Positions 29,421-39,188 of a stretch of DNA of 39,402 bases are shown here, piece by piece (the first letter of the stretch is position 1; each line of letters begins with the position of its first letter). The DNA lies in contig CAVUXN010000003.1 in NCBI GenBank assembly GCA_963745475.1, forward strand, positions 1-39,402, given 5' to 3'. The notes beneath the pieces are model-generated. The model saw nothing but the letters and a program-made list of their open reading frames with translations, was not told the DNA's origin and did not search any database. This DNA is from an uncultured delta proteobacterium (lineage in GTDB: Bacteria; Myxococcota; Myxococcia; Myxococcales; Myxococcaceae). Made by a program: the position numbers and the translations under genes.

Positions 29421-30794
29421 GAGGGCCGCGCAGAGGCGGGGCATTGGTGCGGTGGGCGCGTCTACGGCTACTCGACCACCAAGGTCCACCCTGAGGATGA
29501 GAAGTCACCCAAGGTGCCAATCATCAACAAGGAACAGGCCGCGGTGGTTCGGAGAATTTTCTCCGAGTACGCCGCCGGCGCTGGCTTGCGCACCATCTCT
29601 GACGGACTCAACCGAGACGCTATTCCGGCCCCATACGACAAGCCCGGCCTCGGCTACGCTCACAAAGCCGGCAAGGGATGGGGGCACACCACCGTCAACG
29701 CCATCCTGCGGAACGACCGCTACCGTGGACGCTTCGTCTGGAACGTCCGCGCCTGGATTAAGGACCTCGATACGGGCCGGAAGGTTGCCCATGCCCGCCC
29801 AGCTTCGGAGCACAAGGTCACCGAGCTCCCGAAGCTGGCGATTGTCACTGCCCGGCACTGGGACGCCGTACAGGCTCGAATCGCTCACCGAGCAGTGCGG
29901 ATGGGCACGCCACACGCCACGAAGGGCTCGGTCCCCTCACCTCTCGCCACCCTCGTGAAGTGCGGCTGGTGCGGAGGGCCGATGTCCCTGTCCGGCCGAA
30001 GCGGCAATGGACGTTCGTTTGGATGCTCCACGCGCCGGTCCAAGGGAAGGCATGGGCCGTGCAACAACACCCACATGATCCAAGAGTCGCGCGTGCTGCG
30101 CTTCGTTGGTGAGACGGTGGCGCAGAGTCTCGCGGCAAAGAAGGGCGACGTCGCCTTCAAGGACTTCGACCGGTACATGCGCCAGCAACGCGAAGGCACA
30201 AAGGAGCTCGACGTCGCCGGCCTGGATGCCGCGGTGCGGAAGGCCAAGGCCACGGTGGCGAAGCAGTGGGCTACGTTGAGCGACGTCGGTGTCAGTGAGT
30301 TCGGGCGCGCCCAGCTGCGTGAGGCGGAAGCCGAGCTCGCCCGGCGCGTGGCCGACCGCGAGGCGGCAGACAACGTCGTCACCTCAGACACCTGGACGCC
30401 GAATCACCTGCGCCTCTACATCCGTACCGTGTGGCGACAGTTGAGCGCGTTCATCCAGCGTGATGACCCTCTGACGCTCGGTCCATTTTTACGCGAGCAC
30501 ATTGGCCGGATTGTGATGACGCCACGGGAGAAAGGCCGGCGGGGTGCAGACTTCACCAACCGGGATGGACGGGGCATCGACTGGAGCATGGAGCTCCAAG
30601 CAAAAGTGCCCGCCCCAAGCAGCGAGGCGAGCACGGAAACAGGACTAGCAACTGGATGTTGTGGGGGTGGGTTTTGTCCACTTCGCTCCCATGCCGGCGG
30701 CCCTCTCGCTGGCTATGTGACGGCCGAGGGGAAGCTGGCGCGTAGCGGCGGACGGCCCGTGCTGCGTAACGTCTCGTGGCGGGCGGCCGGCTAA
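29421..30794 (+). pseudogene. Large serine recombinase (integrase), 5'-truncated by the IS
   Basis: Begins at EGRAEAGHWCGGRVYGY (end of helix E), then recombinase domain (EQAAVVRRIF...TVNAILRNDRYRG...AIV...WDAVQ), Zn ribbon (CGWCGGPM...FGC...C) and coiled coil. The catalytic YxRxS domain is missing; the track start at 29355 lies inside the IS. Confidence 0.85.
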
Positions 30795-30817
30795 GGAGTG
30801 GGAGCCCGGCGACTGCT

Positions 30818-30856
30818 GGCACCCGGGCGCCTCCTCACCGGAAGTGCCCGGGTGCC
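30818..30856 (+). terminator. Strong hairpin after the recombinase (possible intrinsic terminator)
   Basis: GGCACCCGGGC...GCCCGGGTGCC perfect 11-bp stem extended by further pairs, followed by TGTCCTTTAT (weak U-tract). Confidence 0.45.
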
Positions 30857-31107
30857 TGTCCTTTATGGGGACGCTTAACAGGTACCCCAACGGCGGGCTT
30901 CGAGGTCGCCGCTGAGGCGAGGCCAACTGTAACAGCACCTCATTAAATTATGCAACTGTATTACCAATAGCTCTTGAAAGCCGCTGGCCGAAATGCTTTA
31001 GCAAGTGCCAGTCGTAAAGAGTTTATGCCGCAGTCCGTGCAACCCGCAGGCATTTATAGGTAGAAAACTTATGGGCTTGCCTAACAGGGTGTTTAAAGGC
31101 TTCGACA

Positions 31108-32076
31108 ATGCAACAACGTACTGGAGTGTCCCAACGTAGGGGCGCCGCGCGCAGCACCACCGTACCCCGCACGCTAGAAAGCGTCCTTGCCCATTTCGAC
31201 GTAGCGGGTAAATTTATTAACGGCCGTGGAAAGGCGCGGTGCCTGGGCCACCCACCGGACACAAACCCCTCGCTGGCACTCTCGCTTCTGGACGCCGGCC
31301 CCGGACGCCAGCGCATCCACCCCAAGTGCTGGGCAAGCTGCACGCCCCAACGTGTTCTGGAAGCCCACGGGTTTGCCAGCGCTGAGGAGTTGACGTTTCC
31401 AAAGACGGACACCGCCAGCGTCATATGTAAACAGGCGGCCCTGTTGCCGCCGCCCACGGCCAAAGTGCTGGCCGCCCTTCAAGGGAAGTGGCCCGGACGC
31501 ACGCTGCCCTCTTCCACCCCACCGGCTGGGGCATTCCCACTGCACAAAATGCACGGGCGTACCTCCGTGAGGAAAGGCGCATACCCGAGGCCGTCAGCAT
31601 GGCCCACCGCCTCGGCCTGGACGACGGGTGGTTGATGTTTCCCTACTTCCGTGGCCACCAAGCGGAAGTTTTTAAATGCCGCCGCGTCTCCACCAAAGAC
31701 TTTAAGCGGTACCCGGCCGGTGCGGCGCAGTACCTCTACAATGTGGAGCGCTGCGCCCGCGCGGCATCGCCTTTTTGGTGGAGGGAGAGTTGGACACCCT
31801 CACCATGGCCGCCGCTGGCTACACGGCCGTAAGCCTTCCCAATGGCGCCAACACCGCTACCGCCGCCGTGCTGGCACCACTCCAAACTCAAGCGAGAATT
31901 TATTTTGCCACCGATGCGGACGTTGAAGGCGAGAAGGCCGCTACCGCCGCAACCGCCATTCTTGGAATACGCGGTGCCGACGGCTAACACTCCCCGGCTT
32001 TAAGGACGCCAACGCGGCGTTACAAAAGTTGGGCCTAAGTAAATTTTCCCGCCTGGTGGCGAAGGCGGCGAAATGA
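31108..32076 (+). CDS. Phage/satellite DNA primase, Zn-binding domain + Toprim (about three frameshifts; pseudogene or sequence error)
   Basis: Frame 1: ARCLGHPPDTNPSL...KCWASC...VLEAHG (CHC2-like). Frame 2: ARAYLREERRI...LMFPYF...KCRR...YLYN. Frame 3: FLVEGELDTL...AVSLPNGA...YFATDADVEGEKAA. Final segment: LPGFKDANAALQK...TGA at 32076. Confidence 0.8.
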
Positions 32077-33365
32077 GTCCGCGCAACGGGCATGGGCTTA
32101 GCCTTACCGCACCCACCACAGCCGAATTACACGCGACCCTGGAAGCCGAAAACATTTTCGCGCGCCAACAAGTTGGTGTTGACGGCGACAAAAGTCCGCA
32201 ACCCGCCAGCGGAGAAATTTATTTTTCAACCCTTTGTCACTTGCTGCGAGGTATGCGGGTGTCACGGTGGTTGGGGCAGCTACAAGACCACGGCCATGCT
32301 GCAAATTATGCTTCTGCGCGCGGCCGGGTACACCAGCATATGGGGCTTCCCGTTACAGCCGGGCGTCAGTTGCTTCATTTCGCTGGAGGACAACGAGGGC
32401 GTCTTTCTGCGGAAGCTGCACGGCATGGCCGAATTTTACCCGGACATTTACAAAAACCTGGATGCGGTGCTCAAGCGCATTCACATCTATTCGCTGCCCA
32501 ACAAGCAAGCGCATTTTGTCAGCACTGCCACCCACGAGCCCGCGCCGACTGAGAGGTACAAGCACTTCGCGGAGTTGGTGCGCAAGGACTTGCGGGTGTT
32601 CCACGTGGATTGGGTGGTGCTGGACACGGTGAGTCGCATGGTGACGGTGGAGGACAACAACACCGTGGCCATGTTGATGGGACTCATTGGAGATCCGTGC
32701 ACCGAGATTGGCGCCGCTTCCACGCCGCTGCACCATGACACCAAGGCCGCTCAGGTTGCGGAACGACGGATGGACAGTCCGCACGCGGCGGTACGTACGC
32801 TAGCAACATGCGCGGGATGTTTGGCTTGGCCCCATTGCCCAACAACCCCGGCCGGCGCAAAGACGCCTTCGCCAATGTGACGGCGCGCTGCAAGGAGTTC
32901 GGCTTTCGTGTAGCTGAGGACGCAATTTTGTTTATAAAGCAGGACAAGCCTAGCCCGACGTCTGGCAGAAAAAATACGGGCGTTACTCTACTTGCTGTGC
33001 CCACTGAGGGGTACGGCGCAGTGTTGCTCAGGCCGGAGGACGTGGCCAAGAACCCCGCCGCCAAAAGGATTTTGGACAAAGAGGCCGGCGCCACGCTGCC
33101 CCGCCATGCTGAAAAAGTGGCCAAGCAAGTGGAGCGGCTCTGCTACCACATTGCGCGCCTCGACAAAGCCGGTGGACCTGTAACGATTAACCGCCTTGCG
33201 AGCGTCAAGGACAAAATTTTGGGCGGACGTAAACCCATTGCCGCTTTGCTAGAAGGCTTGACAAAAAACCATGCGGTTCAGGCCATCGCCGTGGGACGTG
33301 GAATTTCCTACCAGCTAACGGACGCTGGAGTGGAGTTTGCGGGCGAAGGAGGCCGCTCGGAATAA
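32073..33365 (+). CDS. RepA/AAA_25-like replicative helicase with C-terminal wHTH (about two frameshifts)
   Basis: ATGA-coupled to the primase. Walker A-like HGGWGSYKTT, FISLED, Walker B WVVLDT, EDNN, LHHDTK; continues in ORF 32808..33365 ending in a wHTH-like ...GRGISYQLTDAG. Confidence 0.7.
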
Positions 33366-33378
33366 CACCCCTGAGAAA

Positions 33379-33630
33379 GGGACGACTCGGGACGATAGGC
33401 CGTGAAACTTTTAACTTTAGACAGGTAAAACGTGTTTAACCAGGAACTTTCTATCGTCCCGAGGGTGGGACGACACCTACTGGTTTCCCCTCTGAAACCG
33501 ATGGTCCCGTCCCCTAGGGATTCCGGGGGGAGGGACGACACCCTAGGGTCGTCCCCTCCTCCTACCCGTACCCTCATACCCTTCGCCTGTCGTCCCTGCG
33601 TGGGACGACACTGGGACGACTCGGGACGTG
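33379..33630. repeat. Iteron-like GGGACGAC/T repeat cluster (candidate replication origin)
   Basis: Forward GGGACGAC at 33379, 33467, 33532, 33602 and 33613; GGGACGAT at 33389; GGGACGTG at 33623; inverted copies at 33453, 33548 and 33589. AT-rich tract at ~33404-33452 flanked by a 13-bp inverted repeat. Confidence 0.75.
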
Positions 33631-33684
33631 CGGCCACGCCGGGCCGGCGCGATCGAATCCCATCGGTTCCGAGTGCCATCGCCT

Positions 33685-34173
33685 TCACCGTTGCCTCCAC
33701 TGTACCAACTCCTCAAACCACTTGAGGTACTGCGCCTGATCGGCGGTGACCGGCGCTGCGAGCCACGGGAGGTAGCGGCTCCGCCACCGAGTAAGTAGTT
33801 CTGCGGCTTCTGCGTGTCGTCGCAACTGCGCCGCTGCCCAACAGTAGCCCCAGAGCGCCACGGTCGCGGCGGAGCCGCACCACGGTGCTTCCAGGTCGAC
33901 CCCGGGTTGGTCAAGAATCTGCAGCGCCTCGGCATAGGCGCGCATCGCTCCTTCGACGTCGCCACTTTTCGCTCGCTTCTCGGCGGCGCCGATTCTCCGC
34001 GCGGCACGCATACCAGCGATGAAAGAGCGGAACAGACCGACCTCCAGCCTAAAACGGCCACGTGCGTCGCAACGATGCCCAGAACCGGTCTCCGAAGTAG
34101 CGAGCGAGCGCTCCGCCGACCAGGCCACCGACGACGACGCAACACACGAGCACTCCGACGGAAGGGGCGCCAC
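33685..34173 (-). CDS. Hypothetical helical (TPR-like) protein; start uncertain
   Basis: The C-terminal ~115 aa look protein-like (GDVEGAMRAYAEALQIL...AEAAELLTRW). The N-terminal 45 aa look non-coding. Confidence 0.45.
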   Translation of the reverse strand: MAPLPSECSCVASSSVAWSAERSLATSETGSGHRCDARGRFRLEVGLFRSFIAGMRAARRIGAAEKRAKSGDVEGAMRAYAEALQILDQPGVDLEAPWCGSAATVALWGYCWAAAQLRRHAEAAELLTRWRSRYLPWLAAPVTADQAQYLKWFEELVQWRQR

Positions 34174-34282
34174 GGCAACCTAGCCCACCCGCTCCGACGA
34201 GAGACCCGAGCAATCGCTCCGCAGGCGAAGCGAATCCTCAGTTCAAGAGCGTCCGGCCGAATCCCGTCGTTGCCAAGGGCCA

Positions 34283-34777
34283 TCACCTGCCCGCCTTCGA
34301 ATTGTTCCGGCGGCGACGGACCGCGATTGCCCGAGTTGGGCTCTTCGTCTTCGGCTTCTCATCCTCGCGAACAGCACGCTTCAGGCGAGCTATGGCGGTG
34401 TCGATTTCCTTTCTCCTCTTAAGATGCTCCTTTAGGTAGTAGCGATTGCTATCCTTACGGTCCCGCTCTAGCTCCGCCTTGGAGTCGCTGCGCCTCGCGG
34501 TTGGAGGGTCTGCAGACTCGCGCTCTAGAACACGAACTTTTACAAGGTCCCCGGACTTCAGTGGGCGCCTCACCCAATCGAGGAACGTTCCGTAACCGGC
34601 GTAGTCGGGCCCGTTCGAATCGAGGCCACCTACACTGAGACAAAGCTCGGAACTGCCCGCGCGACCAGGTCTTGGCCTACGGTTAACCCAGTTGAGTATT
34701 GTGTTGAGCACGGCGAAGCCAGGGATACCAGCAGTAGTCAGCCGCCGTCCGTTCAGGGAGACTTCGAAGCAGATCAT
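34283..34777 (-). CDS. Hypothetical protein
   Basis: MICFEVSLNGRRLTTAGI...LSVGGL...W...LKSGDLVKVRV...ADPP beta-rich domain followed by a charged coiled coil. Confidence 0.65.
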   Translation of the reverse strand: MICFEVSLNGRRLTTAGIPGFAVLNTILNWVNRRPRPGRAGSSELCLSVGGLDSNGPDYAGYGTFLDWVRRPLKSGDLVKVRVLERESADPPTARRSDSKAELERDRKDSNRYYLKEHLKRRKEIDTAIARLKRAVREDEKPKTKSPTRAIAVRRRRNNSKAGR

Positions 34778-34854
34778 CGAGACAGTCTGCCAAATCATCG
34801 GCTCGTGCGTCGCTAAATGACCCTGATCGACTGACCAAGTACAATCGAATCACA

Positions 34855-35528
34855 GTGGACCGCGCTGAAGGTGACCCGACTGTCGAAGTGGATCTTTCGA
34901 ACGCGAGCTTCGATGACTTCGTTAGGTTCTGGTTCGACCGCGTCATAGACCCTCGTGCCATTGAGCCAAGAAGGATCCGGACTTCGCTTGGTACCGGAAC
35001 CTTGAGGTTCGCTGCGAGCCCCTCCATTACGCGGAGAGCTTCATCCGTCTATTCATCGCACCGGAGCCTCTCTTCGACAGGTACTCGAAGGACCAGTTGG
35101 AGGAAGGCTTCTGGGCGATGATGTCACCAATGGTCGAAGGCGGGCTCGACGCATTGGTCTGGTCCTCGCAGCTCTCGTTCGACTCACGTGAGCGCCTAGT
35201 CCGTTCGATGTACGAATTGTTCCTTCGCCTGTTCGCGCGTGGACCGCTCGGCTCAGTCAGCTACATGTGGTGGGATTCGTTGTTGGGCCGCATGGACTAT
35301 GACCAATCTCCCGATGGGGCGCGGCTACGCCAGGTCATGTTCGACGTGCTCTGCCAAATCCTCAATGTCGAGGATAGATCCTGTCAGGAAGGGGCGTTGC
35401 ACGGCCTGAACCATCTCGAAGACCCAGGGACTGAAGCTGTTGTGAGGGAGTGGCTCGCTCGCCATCCTGCACTGGATCGTAAACTGCTGGAGTACGCAGA
35501 ATCCTGCGCCGTGTTCAAGTCGCAGTAG
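34855..35528 (+). CDS. Hypothetical protein (one frameshift at ~34970)
   Basis: VDLSNASFDDFVRFWFDR joins DPDFAWY...RYSKDQLEEGFW...YMWWD...CQEGALHGLNHL, giving a coherent ~220-aa helical protein. Confidence 0.65.
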
Positions 35529-35651
35529 GGCCGCAATGGTTCGCTGAGCCCGGTCAAAGCGGACCCGGTCTGGCGCAGAACCGCTCAAACAGCCGGCTCT
35601 TCAGAGTGCTACCTTCTATACAAACGCGCTGATTTGGAGGGGACTAGACCA

Positions 35652-36355
35652 ATGCCTTCTGCACTGACGACAATTTCCGTTTCAACGCTCTTTGCCGCGT
35701 CGTTGCTCCTGAGCGGATGCTCAGATCCGAAGAACTACGACGTCGCCAAACTTACGGACAAGCAGCGCGAGGAACTCGGGCAGAAGCTGACCGCCGACGA
35801 AGGCCGCAAATTGATGGGCTGGACGATGCGCAATGCATTCGGCGGAAAGGAAATCCCACCAGGAACAACCGTTCGACAGGCTCTAGCCGATCAGGACGAG
35901 TGGCTAGCGAAGCAGAAAGAGAAAGAAGCTGAAGCTGCCGCACTCAAAGCAAAGGTTGATGCTGAGCGCAAAGCAAAACAAGATGAGCTAGCTGCCATAT
36001 TCTCGGCGGCGCTTGTCAGCAAGACGAACTCCGAAGGAGAATTTGGACAACGACATGTTAAGCTCGAGGATTGCATTTGAAAACAAGGGTAACAAGGGCA
36101 TCCGTGGAATCAAGGGCAGATTGATCGTCAACGATATCTTCGGCGATAGAGTCCAAGGAGTTTTCTCTATCATACGACGATGGCATCCCTGCCAAGGGGA
36201 CCGTAGTCTATAAGGGCAGTGTCCGCATGAATCAATTTATGGACAGGGACAAGAAATTTTGGAATACGGACTTCGACAAGCTCAAGAGCTCGTTCGAGGT
36301 CTCGACAATCATCTTCGATGACGGTACCGAAATTAAAGTCCCAGACTCGGATTGA
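35652..36355 (+). CDS. Hypothetical lipoprotein (frameshifts at ~36068 and ~36170)
   Basis: GGAGG RBS, lipobox LLSGC, coiled coil, then beta domain ...FENKGNKGIRGIKG...DIFGD...YDDGIPAKG...NQFMDRD...IIFDDGTEIK ending at TGA 36355. Confidence 0.7.
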
Positions 36356-36676
36356 CCTTCGGCGCGATTCAGCTCACCGAGTGGAGACCGCTTGCGATGA
36401 AGACGGTCACCTTCTTGTGTTGACTGGGGCGCCAGTCGAGTTTCCGGCCGATTCGGTCGAGCACCCGCCCCGCCACCAAAAAACTGCACAGCCCACGCAC
36501 GTTTAACCAAAATACCGCCAAGCCAAAGTGAAGCCAAAACCGCCACCGCCAGCCGTTTTTGGTAGGCCAAAACGGACGCCGCTAGGAGCCGGCCGCTCGG
36601 CCCCACGTGCTGCACCCTGGGCGCCGCAGGACTCCGGTGGACTCCGCAGAAAGCGGCCGCACGACGGAGAAACGGC

Positions 36677-37206
36677 ATGCCCCCAAAGTTGAGTTTGGCC
36701 GAGAAAGCCTTGCGCGGGACGCTGCGCCCAGGGCGCGAGGCCCGAGGGCGGAAAGGCGAGCGGCGCAGCAAAGCGGCGCCACTTCCACCCATTCGAGTGG
36801 CACGGGGCCCACATTCTGCCCCCGCCCGTCGGCCCTCCTCCCCCTTCCCTGCCCCGTGCAGCGGCCGCACAGTGGCGCACCCTGGCACCCCAACTCGACG
36901 CGGCCGGGCGGTGGCACCCCAGCAAAGCCACCGCCCTGGGCGCCCTGTGCCGGGCCCTGGCCAGGTTAAACGCCCCGGACTGCCCACCCAGCACGTGGCC
37001 CATGCTGTACGCCTCCACCACCAGGGCCCTGCGAGGGTTTGGCCTGGACGGTGAAGGCAGGTGCGCCCGTGGCGCGGAGTGCTGGGCCCCAGGAGGCCGA
37101 GGCGCCGAGGCCGCGCTCCGTGTTTAGCCCGGTGCCGTTTCACGTCTCGCCCGAGGCGCGCGCGGCCGCTCTGGAGTACGAGTCCAGCAAGGCGCGCCGG
37201 CGGTGA
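36677..37206 (+). CDS. P27-family-like phage terminase small subunit (frameshifted; core missed by the ORF track)
   Basis: GGAG RBS and MPPKLSLAEKALRGTLRPGR; after a frame change PPPSLPRAAAAQWRTLAPQLDAAG...ALGALCRALA...TRALRGFGLDGEGR. This follows the P27 TerS pattern (PP-x-L...W...L...AL..C...FGL...R). The 3' end is uncertain (37127 or 37206). Confidence 0.55.
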
Positions 37207-37535
37207 CTTTAGAGGTCTTCAAGACCTCTTGAGTTGAGTTTCCGCCTAAAACCATAAGCCAACGCAGCCCCGCGCGGCGGATTGTTGCAGGTTTCTCGCT
37301 ATTTGGCATGGTGAAGGTTGGAGGCCTAAACCATGCCGGCAGCAGCCACCATGCTAGTGACGCACAAGCCTTTGGGTTTGGGCTCTTTGTTGAGGGAGAG
37401 CCCGTGGCTATTGGGGTTTGTGCGGAGCGCGAGTTGGCCACCGTCGGCATGCGGTGCCTCCAGGGCCCTGGCGGGGAATCTGGCATTCTCCCTTGCCACG
37501 GGCCCGCAGTTTTTTCTTCCCCTGAAGGAGCGCCC

Positions 37536-38164
37536 TTGGCCAACGCCGTCCTAGACGCCACTCACGTTTTAGAAAGGGCTGAGGCCCTCCTGGCCGAGGC
37601 CATTCGCCTGGACACTGAGGCCAACGCGGCCCTCGCGAAAACAAGTCAAGGGAGGGATCCACAATTTAGATTAACGGAGCCGCCAACCCAAACAAAAACG
37701 CAATTGGCAGTTGCCCGTGCAGAGCAGGCGGCGGCCGAAGCGCGGGCCGCCTTGAAACTTTATACCGAGTGCAAGGCCGAGTTTGCCCGAGCCCAGGCGG
37801 CCGGGGCCAAGGCCACCGCGTCCGCAGAAAAACTTACCTCTGCATTTTCTGCCGCGGTGGAGGCTTTGCGCCCCCACTCGAAACGGCAAGAGCCGACGCA
37901 GACACGGCCCGCGCGGAGTTTGGAAAAATTCCTGCCAGTGCGCGTCTCGCGCTGCAATTGCTGGCGCCCACGTTTGAGTTTGACGGTTGCCCACCGGACT
38001 CCGGGGTGTTGGAGGTTGCGGAATTTCTCACCGGCCGCCTCGGACGGCGCGCACTGTTGGCGGCATTGAGTACGCCGTCCACTTGCACCCTCCAAACGAA
38101 AAGACTCCCGACGGTAAAAGAGGGCGCGTCCTTTAGCTTCCGCGAACAGCCGCACCCGGTTTAG
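37536..38164 (+). CDS. Hypothetical coiled-coil protein (one frameshift at ~37873)
   Basis: AAGGAG RBS then TTG 37536. Ala/Glu-rich heptads continue as LETARADADTARAEFGK... in ORF 37769..38164. Confidence 0.5.
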
Positions 38165-38219
38165 GAGGGAGCGGCTCGAAAAGTGCGGCATCATTTCACC
38201 ACCGCCGGAGAAATAAAAA

Positions 38220-38549
38220 ATGGACGTCGCAATGGGAAAGCTTTTGGTGCTGGCCACGCAAGCAAAGTTTAGACGAAAATTCCACGCCGCTTACTTCGCG
38301 GACGCCGACACCACCTCCAAGCCGGCGCGCAAAAAGGGCGGTGGGTTTTTTGCTGCCCTCGTGCGCCACCAGGACGGCCGCATCCAGCGGGTGGGTGAGG
38401 GAAAGCCCCTTGCCAAGCGACCTACGGCCGAGGAAATGCGCGCCAAGTTTTTGGCACTCCTCAACCCAGCTTCGCGGAAGCGGGCCCACAGAAGCCGAGT
38501 CACGTCGGCGGGACAGTACGGAGACGGCGCGCGGCCGGGCCCTGTTTAA
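38220..38549 (+). CDS. Small basic hypothetical protein
   Basis: GGAG RBS, ATG 38220, 109 aa, Lys/Arg-rich, same strand as the neighbouring satellite genes. Confidence 0.5.
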   Translation: MDVAMGKLLVLATQAKFRRKFHAAYFADADTTSKPARKKGGGFFAALVRHQDGRIQRVGEGKPLAKRPTAEEMRAKFLALLNPASRKRAHRSRVTSAGQYGDGARPGPV

Positions 38550-38787
38550 GGCCATGGGTTTCGTCTCAACGCGGACAACTACCCGTTAAAAAAATTGGAC
38601 AGACGGCCCTTCACGCGTTGCAGCGAAACCGGCCGGGAACCGACGGCGTGTTTGGTTGCCACCATAGGCGCGCCAGGCGCGCCGAGTTTATTTCGGGGGC
38701 CGTGTGCCCTCTAGTCTCTCCCTCTCGGCGCAGCACGCGTGGGCCGGGGACGGAAAGGCCGAGTCCGAGGCGCGCGCGGCGGACAGA

Positions 38788-38992
38788 ATGCGCCGCGCGG
38801 ACGCCGACAGGCGGGAGTTCCTTCGCGCGGGAGTTGCGAGAATTTTCGCGGTGTAGAGTTTGCGGTGGCGCCCTTAACCCGGACAGGCTCAACGCGCGGA
38901 GTGGACTTTGCGCACGACACGCCCGGAGGTTGCCCACGCGCGAAGCGGTGGAAAACGCGGTGCTGCGCCGCGCCCAAGGACCGCACGGGTGA
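38788..38992 (+). CDS. Possible small Zn-ribbon protein (frameshifted)
   Basis: ATG 38788 MRRADADRREFLR plus, in the adjacent frame, ELREFSRCRVCGGAL...SGLCARH (CxxC...CxxH). Confidence 0.3.
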
Positions 38993-39041
38993 ATCCGCGT
39001 CCGTCAAAACTACGGCGGGGTGCACACCTGGAGGAGCTTCT

Positions 39042-39188
39042 TCAATTTCCCAAGTTCGTAGAGGAGAGGATTTTGCCATCCTTCACCTTGCACTCATACG
39101 TGTTGACGATGAGCGCGTTGAATGCGTTACGCCCGCGGACGTTCACCCTGACGCGATAGATGCCCGTTTTCTTGTCATGGCTTTTCAT
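39042..39188 (-). CDS. Hypothetical protein or C-terminal fragment
   Basis: MKSHDKKTGIYRVRVNVRGRNAFNALIVNTYECKVKDGKILS, a beta-strand-like segment. It may belong to a longer gene starting beyond the window. Confidence 0.3.
   Translation of the reverse strand: MKSHDKKTGIYRVRVNVRGRNAFNALIVNTYECKVKDGKILSSTNLGN

Noticed and set aside
30860..31100. AT-rich gap as a riboswitch, ncRNA or small regulator gene
   Set aside because: No recognisable aptamer, convincing fold or AlpA/HTH ORF. It is more likely a promoter region, which I cannot define.
33379..33630. Repeat cluster as a CRISPR array
   Set aside because: The units are only 8-16 bp, occur in both orientations with irregular spacing, and there are no cas genes.
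37124..37561. 145-aa minus-strand ORF between terS and the coiled-coil gene
   Set aside because: No RBS or motif, and it overlaps better-supported + strand genes at both ends.
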